From Phycisphaerae bacterium (lineage in GTDB: Bacteria > Planctomycetota > Phycisphaerae > UBA1845), in NCBI GenBank assembly GCA_963666835.2, contig CAXXGO010000006.1:1984001-2048000 (forward strand): DNA of 64,000 nt, given 5' to 3'. Under the pieces are notes generated by a model. It searched no databases. It saw only the letters and a list, made by a program, of their open reading frames with translations, and had not been told where the DNA came from. Shown here one piece after another: positions 20,404 to 30,200 of this stretch. Both the position numbers and the translations under genes were made by a program. Position 1 is the first letter of the stretch, and the number at the start of each line of letters is the position of its first letter.

Positions 20404-22314
20404 CTAGCAGGTCTCCCGCCGGCCGAAGTAAACCTTACCGGCAACCAGGAGCAACATCGCCAAGATGACCAGACCCCACTCGGAGACGGTCGGGATGGCC
20501 GTGTCGCAGCCCGGGAACAGGTCGTTATCGATGCCCGGGCACAGGTCGATGCAGTCGGCATAGCCGTCACCGTCAGTGTCCAGCTCGTTGTCGAAGCCGG
20601 CCATCGGGCCAACGCCACAGCCGCACTGCCCCGGAACGCTCTTCATCGGATCCAGGACGCACTCGTCATCCGAGTCGCAGAAGCCGTCGAGGTCGCTGTC
20701 GTCGGGGTTATCAAACGGGCACGGGTCAACGCCGTTGCAGACGCCGTCGCCGTCCATATCCTGATCGGCCTCATCGGCCTCGCAGGCATCACCCTCGCCG
20801 TCGCCGTCACAGTCGGCCTGGTCAGCGTTCATGACATCCACGCAGTTGTCGCAGAGGTCGGCAACGCCGTCAGTGTCCGTGTCGGTGCAGTCATTGACGT
20901 CGAGCAGGTTGCTCGGGGTGTACACGCCACCACCCGCGGCACAGTCGGCCTCGGGGATAACGGCACAGGTGAAGTCCGGGAAGCAGCAAGCGCCGACCGG
21001 AGTCGCACAGATCTCGCCAAGGAAGTTGGCGGGACCGCTCGAGAAGCCCCAGGTGTACCACACGCCGAGGTTCGGCTCATAGAACGCAGCATCTTCGCCG
21101 GTGTAACCGATGCGGGCAACGTCCGGGGCCGTGATCGGGCCGCCGAGCAGGTCGGTCGAGCCGATTGCGTACCAGAGAAGCTCCGGAAGCGCCACGGCGC
21201 CGGTCGGGGTGCAGGTGATCTCGCAGAAGCCCGAGTCGGGGCAGTTCTGCGTGCAGTACGTGTCCGCAATCGCAGCGCCGGGCTCGTTGAACATCAAGCA
21301 CAGTTCGCTGCCACCGTGACCGACGCAGTCGCCGTCATTCGCGCACACCGCATAGTCACCATCGCACAGCGTGGCGAAGTTGTACAGCTCGACATTGATG
21401 TCATAGGCAGCCGTGTAGTCCGCCGGGTGCATGTAGAACAGGCCCCAGTAGTCGACCAAGTCACGACCCAGACCGGGCTCCAGGTACCAGTCATCGCCGT
21501 ACTTGTCCGGGTACAGGCCATAGGCGCCCCAGTTGTCGATCGGCATGTAGCCGGTGCCCATCGGGCTCGACCGGTAAACGATGCACGGATCCGGCATGTC
21601 GCAGGTGTCCGTATCGTCATTGCAGACTTCCCAGTACTCACAGGGGTTGGTGCCCGCGACGCACATGAAGTCCACGCAGGTCTCGACACCCGTGCAGAAC
21701 AGACCGTCGTCACAGTCGCCGTCATCGTCGCAGGCCTCCTCCCACGAATACGTTACCGTGTAAGCCCCCGGCGCGCCCGCGTACTGGCCGTCGTCAACGA
21801 CGATCTGGTACACGGTTCCGGCAGTCAGGTAAGCCGTGAGCAGCGACTCATAGGCGCCCACATCACCGCTGTCGTCATCACAGGCGACGAATGCTCCGGG
21901 GCAGGCACCTTCGAGGATCATCAGGCTGGTATCCCAACCGGCCGGAACGGTCGCGGTGTCGAACGTCCACAGACCATCGGCCTCGACGGTGAACTCGAAG
22001 ATCTCGTCCTGGCCGCCGACACCATACCAATAGCACTGGGTCTCGCACTCGGCGTCGGTGCACTCGAACACGTTCGTCATGCCCGTCATATCGCTGGAGA
22101 AGCTGCCGCCCGCTGCGGCCAGCATGCCAAGGTCAGTGGCGGGGCAATCATCCGAGAAGACGGCCGGATCATGCACACCCGGCGCTCCAGGTGCCACGGT
22201 CGACGCCGCACGGGACATATTACCCGCATGACGCTGCGCAGGCTCCAAAGCCTGAACGCTGGCCACAACAACCAAACCGACAACCACGAAAGCTAAAACT
22301 TTTGTAAGTCTCAT
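20404..22314 (-). CDS. Secreted Cys/Asp-rich surface protein with thrombospondin type-3-like repeats and IPTL-CTERM sorting signal
   Basis: Signal peptide MRLTKVLAF; GACC repeat; DTDTDGVADLCDNC / DGDGVC..DPC repeats; C-terminus AIPTVSEWGLVILAMLLLVAGKVYFGRR. Confidence 0.9.
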   Translation of the reverse strand: MRLTKVLAFVVVGLVVVASVQALEPAQRHAGNMSRAASTVAPGAPGVHDPAVFSDDCPATDLGMLAAAGGSFSSDMTGMTNVFECTDAECETQCYWYGVGGQDEIFEFTVEADGLWTFDTATVPAGWDTSLMILEGACPGAFVACDDDSGDVGAYESLLTAYLTAGTVYQIVVDDGQYAGAPGAYTVTYSWEEACDDDGDCDDGLFCTGVETCVDFMCVAGTNPCEYWEVCNDDTDTCDMPDPCIVYRSSPMGTGYMPIDNWGAYGLYPDKYGDDWYLEPGLGRDLVDYWGLFYMHPADYTAAYDINVELYNFATLCDGDYAVCANDGDCVGHGGSELCLMFNEPGAAIADTYCTQNCPDSGFCEITCTPTGAVALPELLWYAIGSTDLLGGPITAPDVARIGYTGEDAAFYEPNLGVWYTWGFSSGPANFLGEICATPVGACCFPDFTCAVIPEADCAAGGGVYTPSNLLDVNDCTDTDTDGVADLCDNCVDVMNADQADCDGDGEGDACEADEADQDMDGDGVCNGVDPCPFDNPDDSDLDGFCDSDDECVLDPMKSVPGQCGCGVGPMAGFDNELDTDGDGYADCIDLCPGIDNDLFPGCDTAIPTVSEWGLVILAMLLLVAGKVYFGRRETC

Positions 22315-22551
22315 CCTCAACACACCTCCAAGTAAGTGTTGGTAATGCGAAGGCAAATGTGCCTCCCTCTCATCCGGGGTCGGTCCTGAACAACATTATT
22401 ACCAGCCTCTACTCTGACGCCGGTACAGCGGCACAACGCTCGAGCAGGGGGGGAACCCCGCTTTGTTGTTCGAGCTTGTCCGCACCAGGACCGAAGAAAC
22501 TCCTCTCCAAATACAAGTGAAAAACCGACATTCACTCGCATCGCGGGTTTG

Positions 22552-23256
22552 TTAGGAACCCGCGAAACGGAATCCGAGAAGTTCCTTACCTGGAGGTGCG
22601 CGAGGACGACTTGGGCTGAAAAGATGTAACAAAAACGCAGGTAGTTCCGATGGGATCAACCGGCCCGGAGACCGGGTCGATCGCGGCAAAACGCGAGGCC
22701 ACCCGTTGGGAGTACACGCGTCGCTGAGCATCGAAAGCAAAAGAGCGTTGACATACGCCACAATGAACGCCACGACGACGTAGCCGGCGAGGTAGCCCAT
22801 TGTGCGAACGATAAGTCCTTGCCCCTGGGTACCGGCGAGCAGCCCGTTACGCAGGCCGAGCGGCTGAAGAGCCAGTTCCACACCGATCCACCCGAGCCCC
22901 AGCAGCAACGGGCTGAAGCCCGCCCGCCGAGTGACAAACGACCCGGCAAAGGCGTACAAACCGGGGACCGCCGCCAGCAGCGCGAGGGTAGGTATCGAAG
23001 ACGTAAAGGAGGGGGCGCCGCCGAAAACGCCGAGGCTCAAACCCCAGAACGCACCCGCCAGCAGAGCCCGCCAAGGCGCCAGCACGCGAATAGCGTAGAA
23101 CAGGGGAATTAACGTAAACCAAGCCAGCCAGGAGGCTACCGGCGACTGCAAGGCAACGCCCATCAGCCACGCGCTACCCGCGAGAGCGATTCCGAACCCC
23201 GCCACTTTCGCGGCGTGTCCGACGAACCCCAACCTCTCAGGTGCCCTCGCGGCCAC
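22552..23256 (-). CDS. Lnt (apolipoprotein N-acyltransferase) N-terminal membrane domain only, with C-terminal RAPP motif
   Basis: WLAWFTLIPLFYAI; GWIGVE..LLAGTQ..GY.VVAFIVAYVNALL; no nitrilase domain; ends ..SPSRPRAPPGKELLGFRFAGS. Confidence 0.75.
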   Translation of the reverse strand: MAARAPERLGFVGHAAKVAGFGIALAGSAWLMGVALQSPVASWLAWFTLIPLFYAIRVLAPWRALLAGAFWGLSLGVFGGAPSFTSSIPTLALLAAVPGLYAFAGSFVTRRAGFSPLLLGLGWIGVELALQPLGLRNGLLAGTQGQGLIVRTMGYLAGYVVVAFIVAYVNALLLSMLSDACTPNGWPRVLPRSTRSPGRLIPSELPAFLLHLFSPSRPRAPPGKELLGFRFAGS

Positions 23257-24048
23257 AGCAACCTCGCTTTGTTGTCAAGGCTGCGACGGAAGTGAAAGAG
23301 CGAAGATCACCACGCTGGATGGTGACGCGCCAGACAAGTCCACCGTGATAGCGAGAGAACCCCGCTTTCATCCACGGTCATGCACCGAAGCCCGTTCGGA
23401 GCCGACCTGCCCGTGACGCAAACGCTCCGCAACCTCCGTTCAACAACCTCTCTCACCCGCGATGCCCGCCTGCCGGAAGAGATGATCGAAAACCTTCGAC
23501 CGGCGAACACCAACTCCAAACCGCTCACGGTGGGCGCATGCAAAACACACGCTCCGCAGCTACCGACCTGAGCACCAACGGCAACAAAGACCACCGCCGG
23601 ACCCTAAGCCGGTTCTACTCACCACCCCAGTTTGCGATTCACTCTTCGAAAGGGACCGTTTCTCATCCTCCGCAGCAACACCCGACCGGCGCCCGGTGCG
23701 ATTCCCGTCATAGACGGGACCGAACCAGAGACCCGCGACCGGCCCGGGCCTGCGAAACCCGGGCTTTTCTTCCCAGGTCTCTTGCGTACCTCAAACGGGT
23801 ACGAAATGTCGAACACGCGACCAAACCCGATTCGCCTAACATGCCCCCGGCAAAACGGATGTCCGCGGTCCGAACTCATCCTAACACCGCCTCTCGCATC
23901 TTACGGCCACGAAGACTGTGGCGGGACAAGCTGGCTCGAAAGCCATGCGTCGATGCGAGGGCAATTAACCCTCCAAAGACGTTAATCACGGTAAACACCC
24001 GTAGTAGCGTGCTAATCACCTATCTCACGCCGATAACGCCTTGTCAGC

Positions 24049-24086
24049 ATCATAACGCAACTTCCGACAAAGATGCAAGAGAAAAA
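24049..24086 (-). promoter_or_regulatory. Sigma70-like promoter pointing toward the lnt-N / IPTL-CTERM genes
   Basis: TTGCAT (24078-24073) - 18 nt - TATGAT (24054-24049), with a T-rich upstream element. Confidence 0.55.
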
Positions 24087-24503
24087 TAAGCAAAGACCCG
24101 CCCTTATTGCTCGGTTTTTAGTTTAAAGATCACGCTAGCACTGTTCGTGGTTGGCGCGGCGGCGGGCTCGTAATAACGCGGATGGGCCCTATAAGAAGTC
24201 CGGTGTTAATCTGGGGGCTTTGTAGTGAATATGCGTGGCTTTGCCGGATTGAGCGTGTTGTTGATTAGATCCGGTGAGTAACAGGCGTGGAGAATCTGCG
24301 TTTGCCAATACTGAGCCGCCCGTTTTCGCGTTGGCGGGCTGGTATAACCTGTAGCTCTGCCCCCTGCGAACTGCTCGCCGCGGAGGTGGCGCAGGTAGGG
24401 CCGGCGGAAAAAGAAAAACCCGCCGCCAGCGTCATCTCTCAACCGATGCGTAGGTTGTGGATCAACTCACAAGTTACTCACAAGCCGGCGCGGGGGCAGT
24501 GCG

Positions 24504-24532
24504 TTGACGGTTGCCGATTACGCTTCTAACGT
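24504..24532 (+). promoter_or_regulatory. Sigma70-like promoter for the rdgC-like gene
   Basis: TTGACG - 17 nt - TAACGT, about 75 nt upstream of ATG 24607. Confidence 0.45.
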
Positions 24533-24606
24533 CTGCCCGTCAATGCTCATGCAGTGACATGTGAGTGTCATAAGAGAGTGGTGGAACGGGCGTCGGGAGG
24601 TATGCC

Positions 24607-25794
24607 ATGGGTTTTGCGAGCGGGACGGTTACATTTCGCCGGTATTCGATCTGCGGGGCGCATCCGGATTCCCTGTCCGAGGAGTGGCTTTCAGCCATCG
24701 CCGCACGGGCTTTCGGTCGGCAGCGCGAAGAGCAATCAGACGGGGTCGAGACCGGCTGGATTGTCCCGAACCACCTGTTTGACGTTGATTTCTCCAGTCC
24801 GGAACGGATTGAGTACGATTGCTTCGTTTACCTGGCGATGCGGATGGATCGAACCGCTCCGCCGGCTTCGATCGTACGTTCCTACCAGAGAATGGAGGAG
24901 GCGGCGGCTTTGGAGGCCTCGGGACGCGACTTTTTGAGCCGGACCGAGCGCCGCCTGGCCAAGGAGGCTGCCGTCGGCCGGGCAGAGAAGGAAGCTCGGG
25001 CGGGCATGTTCCGGCGTAGCTCGGCTTACCCGGTGCTTATTGATCTGCGAAACGGGGTGGTCTACTTCGGAAACCTGGGCAGCGCGGCCGGATCCCGGTT
25101 GCTAACGTTGTTCTCGGAGACCTTCGACACGACCTTGGCTTCGAACAGTGCTGAGGAGGCGGCTTATCGCATCGCGGACCGGAAGGGGTGGGTCAGAGCG
25201 TTTGAGGATTGCCAGCCATCCCATTTCGCTCCGGCCCCGATGTCGGGCGCGGATGACGGCTCAGCGGTCTTCCCGGGGGAGGATCGCAGCTTCCTGGGTC
25301 GCGAGTTTCTGGCCTGGGTCTGGTTTCGGACGGAGCGGAGAGAGGGGCTGTTCGAGCTTCCGAATGGCGAGGGGGTTACGGTTGCGATCGACCGGGCGAT
25401 GCACTTGGTCTGCAGCTACGACCTGACGGGGACTGACACCATAAGGTGCGATGTGCCGGGCAGTTCGCCGGAGGCGCGAGCGGCGCTGCAGATCGGCAAG
25501 GTGCCTACCAAGATGGGGTTGCTGATTGGATCAGCGGCCCAGGAGTGGGCTCTTACCCTTGATGGTCCGGGGCTTGGGGTGTCCGGGTTGCGGTTGGAGA
25601 AACCCGAAGAGGACGATCCCCGGGCGCAACTGGGAGAACGGTTTGGGCAGATCTGTGGGTTTGGGATGGTCCTGGACGGTTTGTTCGAGGTCTTCTTGCG
25701 GGAGCGCTTGCAGGACGAATGGCGGCAAGCGTCGGCGGCCATGAGCTGTTGGGCTGCCGGTGATAAGATCCAGGCACAACGAGCCACTGCGTGA
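24607..25794 (+). CDS. RdgC-like (recombination-associated) protein
   Basis: MGFASGTVTFRRY, ETGW, R.D...P, F.ETF and FLGREFL.W.WF..EAR.AL..GK.P motifs. Confidence 0.7.
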   Translation: MGFASGTVTFRRYSICGAHPDSLSEEWLSAIAARAFGRQREEQSDGVETGWIVPNHLFDVDFSSPERIEYDCFVYLAMRMDRTAPPASIVRSYQRMEEAAALEASGRDFLSRTERRLAKEAAVGRAEKEARAGMFRRSSAYPVLIDLRNGVVYFGNLGSAAGSRLLTLFSETFDTTLASNSAEEAAYRIADRKGWVRAFEDCQPSHFAPAPMSGADDGSAVFPGEDRSFLGREFLAWVWFRTERREGLFELPNGEGVTVAIDRAMHLVCSYDLTGTDTIRCDVPGSSPEARAALQIGKVPTKMGLLIGSAAQEWALTLDGPGLGVSGLRLEKPEEDDPRAQLGERFGQICGFGMVLDGLFEVFLRERLQDEWRQASAAMSCWAAGDKIQAQRATA

Positions 25795-25822
25795 CGGCGG
25801 CGCTGCGTGGCGGAGGGCGGCA

Positions 25823-26302
25823 ATGGCGGCTGATGGGGGGCGGCATATCCCGGTTGCATCGTTGCGGGCCTCTTCTCATCGCGAGGAGGTAATTGCGGCA
25901 CTTCGGACGTTCTACGCCGAAGCGGACGAGGGCATCCGTGGTTACGGAGCGGTTTGTCATAACCGGGGTCAGTGTTGCCGCTTCGGGCAGTATGGGCACC
26001 GGCTCTACGTTACGGCGCTGGAAGTGTGCTATTATCTTTCGGGCGAAGTTCCCGCGGTTTCGTTTATCGGGGACGTGTGCCCGCACGCTTACGACGGTAA
26101 GTGCCACATACGTGACAGACGCCCGCTCGGATGCCGGATCTTCTACTGTGATCCGCGGGCGCAGGGTTGGCAGGGCCCTTTTTCGGAGCTGCTCCTTGCG
26201 CGCCTGCGGAGTATGCACGAAGGGCTCGGCGTTCCCTACTTCTACGCAGATTGGATGACGATCCTGCGCGCTATTCACCGTAAGGTCGGGCAAGCCGAGT
26301 AA
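25823..26302 (+). CDS. YkgJ-family cysteine-cluster protein
   Basis: CHNRGQCC..E..Y..CP.....C.....RP.GCR.F.C. Confidence 0.8.
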   Translation: MAADGGRHIPVASLRASSHREEVIAALRTFYAEADEGIRGYGAVCHNRGQCCRFGQYGHRLYVTALEVCYYLSGEVPAVSFIGDVCPHAYDGKCHIRDRRPLGCRIFYCDPRAQGWQGPFSELLLARLRSMHEGLGVPYFYADWMTILRAIHRKVGQAE

Positions 26303-26673
26303 CGGGGTCGCCTTACGCGGCGTGGTCGGGAATCGGGTGGGCGGACCGGCGGTTTCAGGGTGCCGGTGCGGTGCTGCCGCCCCGGGTGAAGGTCCGGTTA
26401 TCACGGGCTTTCGTTGTAGCTTGAACCACTAACGAGACGCCGGCGGAGTCGGGTCGTGTTTGGGCGACCTTTCCGGCATCGACATGTTGCGTTGGCAACC
26501 CTGGGAGGCCGGGGAATAGCCCTTATTGCCGGGCTACAAATTAATACACGGCGAGGGAACCACCCTGTGGCATCCATGATATCCTGCATATACAGGGTTA
26601 AACGCCGGTGGCGGGTGCGTGGCATCGCGGTGGGGCTGTGGGCGATTCTCCACCGTTTTGCAAGATCATTCTG

Positions 26674-26711
26674 TTTTTCTCTTGACGTAGTTTGCCGGAT
26701 CCGGTATTCAT
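26674..26711 (+). promoter_or_regulatory. Sigma70-like promoter about 490 nt upstream of the giant Cys-rich gene
   Basis: TTTTTCTC-TTGACG (26682-26687) - 17 nt - TATTCA (26705-26710). Confidence 0.45.
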
Positions 26712-27203
26712 AAACCGTCCAGTACGGGGTAAAGAGTGAAAACCACACCATACTGGTACATCTGTTGAGACCAATCGTAGCGCGAAGCGTGCTGCAGCGT
26801 TGGTCACTGTCGTGTTCCTTTTGCCATGTTGTAGGGGGTTGGCAAGAGGATGGGGTTTTGACGTGTCGCCTAACGGGACGCGGATGACGGTTTATGGTGC
26901 CGCGGTTGCGGCAGTAGTCGTCAGCTAGTTTTAGAGCACGGTTAGACAACCAATAGGTACGCAGCGTGGGGCTGTGTGCGCCGGCGGTACGTCCGTTGAT
27001 TCCAGTGGTCGGTTCCGGCGGGGCAGCCTATCGGTTGCTGTTGCGCTGAGCAGGGGAAGCTGTGCGGACGGTACGGCGCTCCTGTGACGGGCTGCGCTTG
27101 TTCTGCGCCGTCTGGCCGCAACGGACAGGCGGGTCGCGTCCTCTGGATGGGGGCGTTCTCGAGGTTGGTATGGATAGGTCCAGACAGCAGGAGGTACGGA
27201 AAC

Positions 27204-30200
27204 ATGAAGGGTAGAGTTGGTCGTGGTTGGTGGGCTCTTGGCGGAGTTCTGGTCGTGGGCCTGATGGTCTTCGGCTTGAACCTGCAAGGGGCGCCGGCGG
27301 AAGACGGGGCTTTTGTTGACGTAGGTATCGCGGATCAGGTGGGCGACGTTGACGAGGCGACGTCTGTTTCGAGGCAGTCGGCGGCGCGGCTGTTGGCACC
27401 GCAGAAGACCGGCGGACTTCGCTTCGCGCGGTTGAAGTCCGCGGAGCCGGTTGCAGCGTTCGGCGGCATCGGTGGCATCGCGGATGTGGGGGATCCCTGC
27501 GACTGCGATGCGGATTGTGCGGTCGAAGGCCTGCAGGATCAATGCCTGAAGGCGGAGTGCGTGGACGGCGCCTGTGAGCACAACTGGTTGGATGTCGGAG
27601 ACCGTTGCGATGTCGACGGTAATTACTGCACGAGCGATGCATGTGCGCACTCCGGCGTGAGCCTGTGCGTCGGCGGCACGAATGCCGGCGGCGTGTGCAC
27701 CGGCGCGGCGGATTGCCCGGGGGGCTACTGCGGTGACGAAGTCGTATGTATGGCGCGGGCTGACGGCGCGGGCGGAAACCTGTCGCCGTGCGCCAAGGAG
27801 TGTGTGGGCGGTACCGAGAACGGTCTGTGGTGCTACGAAGCGGGTGATTGCCCCGGTGGCGCGTGTATGCCGAAGACGGGCGTGACCTGCGATGAGTCGG
27901 AGGACTGGTGCGAGCTGTCGAGCGGGCTGGGGCGCTGCTGCGATTCCAGCGGCGGATGCACGCACACTACCGAGGTCAATTGCACGGGCGGAACGTGGCT
28001 CCGGGTTTCCGACCCGGATGATCTGGGACATTGTTGGTGCCCGGCTTACAGTAGTGGTATTGCTCCTCGGGGAGATATCCTGACGGTCGTCGAGACGATC
28101 ATCCCTTCGTGGAAAGTCTGCGAGCACAACGAGAACCTGTGCGAGGGGGATGGCACGGCGGATTGCCACGGCTACTGCAACGTTTCGGAAGAGCTTTGCG
28201 ATACGAATGACGATTGCCCGGCCGGCGAAACATGTCTTGCGGATGCCTGTATTGATGACGTTGAGGCTTGCGATGATGGGTTCCTCTATCTGGGTGACGA
28301 CTACTCGCTGGCGGCAGGTACCGGACCTATTCGCCTCAACGAGTTCCGCTTCCGGGGTGGTATCCAGAACCGCGGCGAGGCGATCGTGGTGTCCTTCTAT
28401 ACGATGGAAGGCCTGTTCGTAGACTCGTTTGGGATGCTGATTCCGGAATCCGGCGCCCACTACTGGACCTATGAGGTCGATTGCTATCCGGACTGTGATA
28501 ACAATACGGATAACGCCGACTTCCCGGAGGATCCGCCGGTGATCATTCCGGAGAGCGGCTACGTTGTTTTCAGTAGCTGGCGGCACGAGGCCAACTGGAC
28601 CAATGCGCACTGGGCCTCGACGGATACGGTCGACTTCGGCACCAACGACCCGGATCTCCTATGGTACGAGACGAAGGTGGACGGCAAGCACACGGACGAC
28701 TATCCGGGTACTACGCCGGACGTCATGATCTTCGAGTTGGTCGGTCAGCCGCTGGGAACGAACGACGAGCCGAACGGCGCTTGCTGCACGGTTGACACCG
28801 GCGTTGGGGTTTGCGATGACACTCCGCGATGGGAGTGTGGCTTCTGCGAAAAAGACCCGGCTGTGGCGTGCTCCACGAGTCGCGATTGTTCGGCTGACGA
28901 CTTCTGCAGCTTCCGGAACTGGTTCGGTCCGGTGGCCCATGAAGATTACACCGGACACACCGGGATACTCTGTGATGGGAACGCGCCCTGCGATACGGGG
29001 GCCTGCTGCGCTGACGACGGCACTTGCACCCCGGACTCGAACCCGGGTGCTTGCGACTCGGCAGGTGGTACGTTCCTCGGTTTCGCAACGAGTTGTGATC
29101 CCAACTGTTGCCCGCCGCCGGACACGGAGACCGGTGCGGATGCGGCTTGCGACATCTACCAGTGCCATGATGGGACTGATTGGGTAGATCCGTATGACAT
29201 GTGCGGATCGAGCGACCCGGATGATCCGGACTGCGATACGGCGGCCGGCGAAACCTGTATGCTGCGCGCTTCCGGTCCGACGGCCTATACGATCAACATT
29301 CCGGCGCTGGGTAGTCCGTCGAACGCGATCACCTTCATGGGTGACAGCAGCGGTCACGAGCCGTATTTCGGGCTGGTGGACGGCGACGACTGCAACCTTG
29401 GTGAGCTTCATGACGTAGGTTGGTACGAGGCGATCGAGATTGTCAATCCGGATCCGATGAACCCGCTGATCTTCGACTGTGCGGTCGTGACGGTGGACTA
29501 CTGCTGCAACGACCCGATGCTCGATCTCGTTTATATCGTCCTGAAGGACTGCTGCCCGTGTCCGGGTGGTGGCTGCTGGGTAACGTTGGACCTGGACCAG
29601 GCCGGCGTCACCAGGGGCGGGTTCGGACCGGGTTGCGGAGCCGAGCACTGCTGCCAGGACGGTAACTTCGCAGGGACGTTTACGGTTCCCCCGGGACGCT
29701 ACGCTGTTCAGATTGATGCCTCCAACGTTTGTGAGTTCACCAGCAATTCCTGCGTGGACGACGACGATTGCCGGCCCGGCCAGCCTTGTATCGACAAGCG
29801 CGGTCCTTATACCGGTCATGTGACGGTTGGGCCTTGCTCGCCGGCGGCATGCTGCGTGAATCGGTGTGTGGGTGGCGCGAACGACGGCGCGGTTTGCGAA
29901 GGCGACACGGATTGTCCGGATGGTGCCTGCAATAACGTTTGCGAGGTTGTCCCCGGGATCATCTGCGAGGAGAACGGTGGAGATTGGCTCGGTTACGGTG
30001 ATCCGGTCACTCCGACCTGTGCTGCAAGTCCGTGTTCGCAGGGTTCGTGCTGCACCGGCGGCGGCGTTTGCGAAGACGGTGCTGCTTACGACACTGAGGC
30101 CGAGTGCGAAGCTGCCGGCGGTGTCTATCACGGACATCTGGTGTGTGATGACGGTCCTTGTGCGACGTGCTCGTTCGAGAGTTCGACGAACTGCAAGGAA

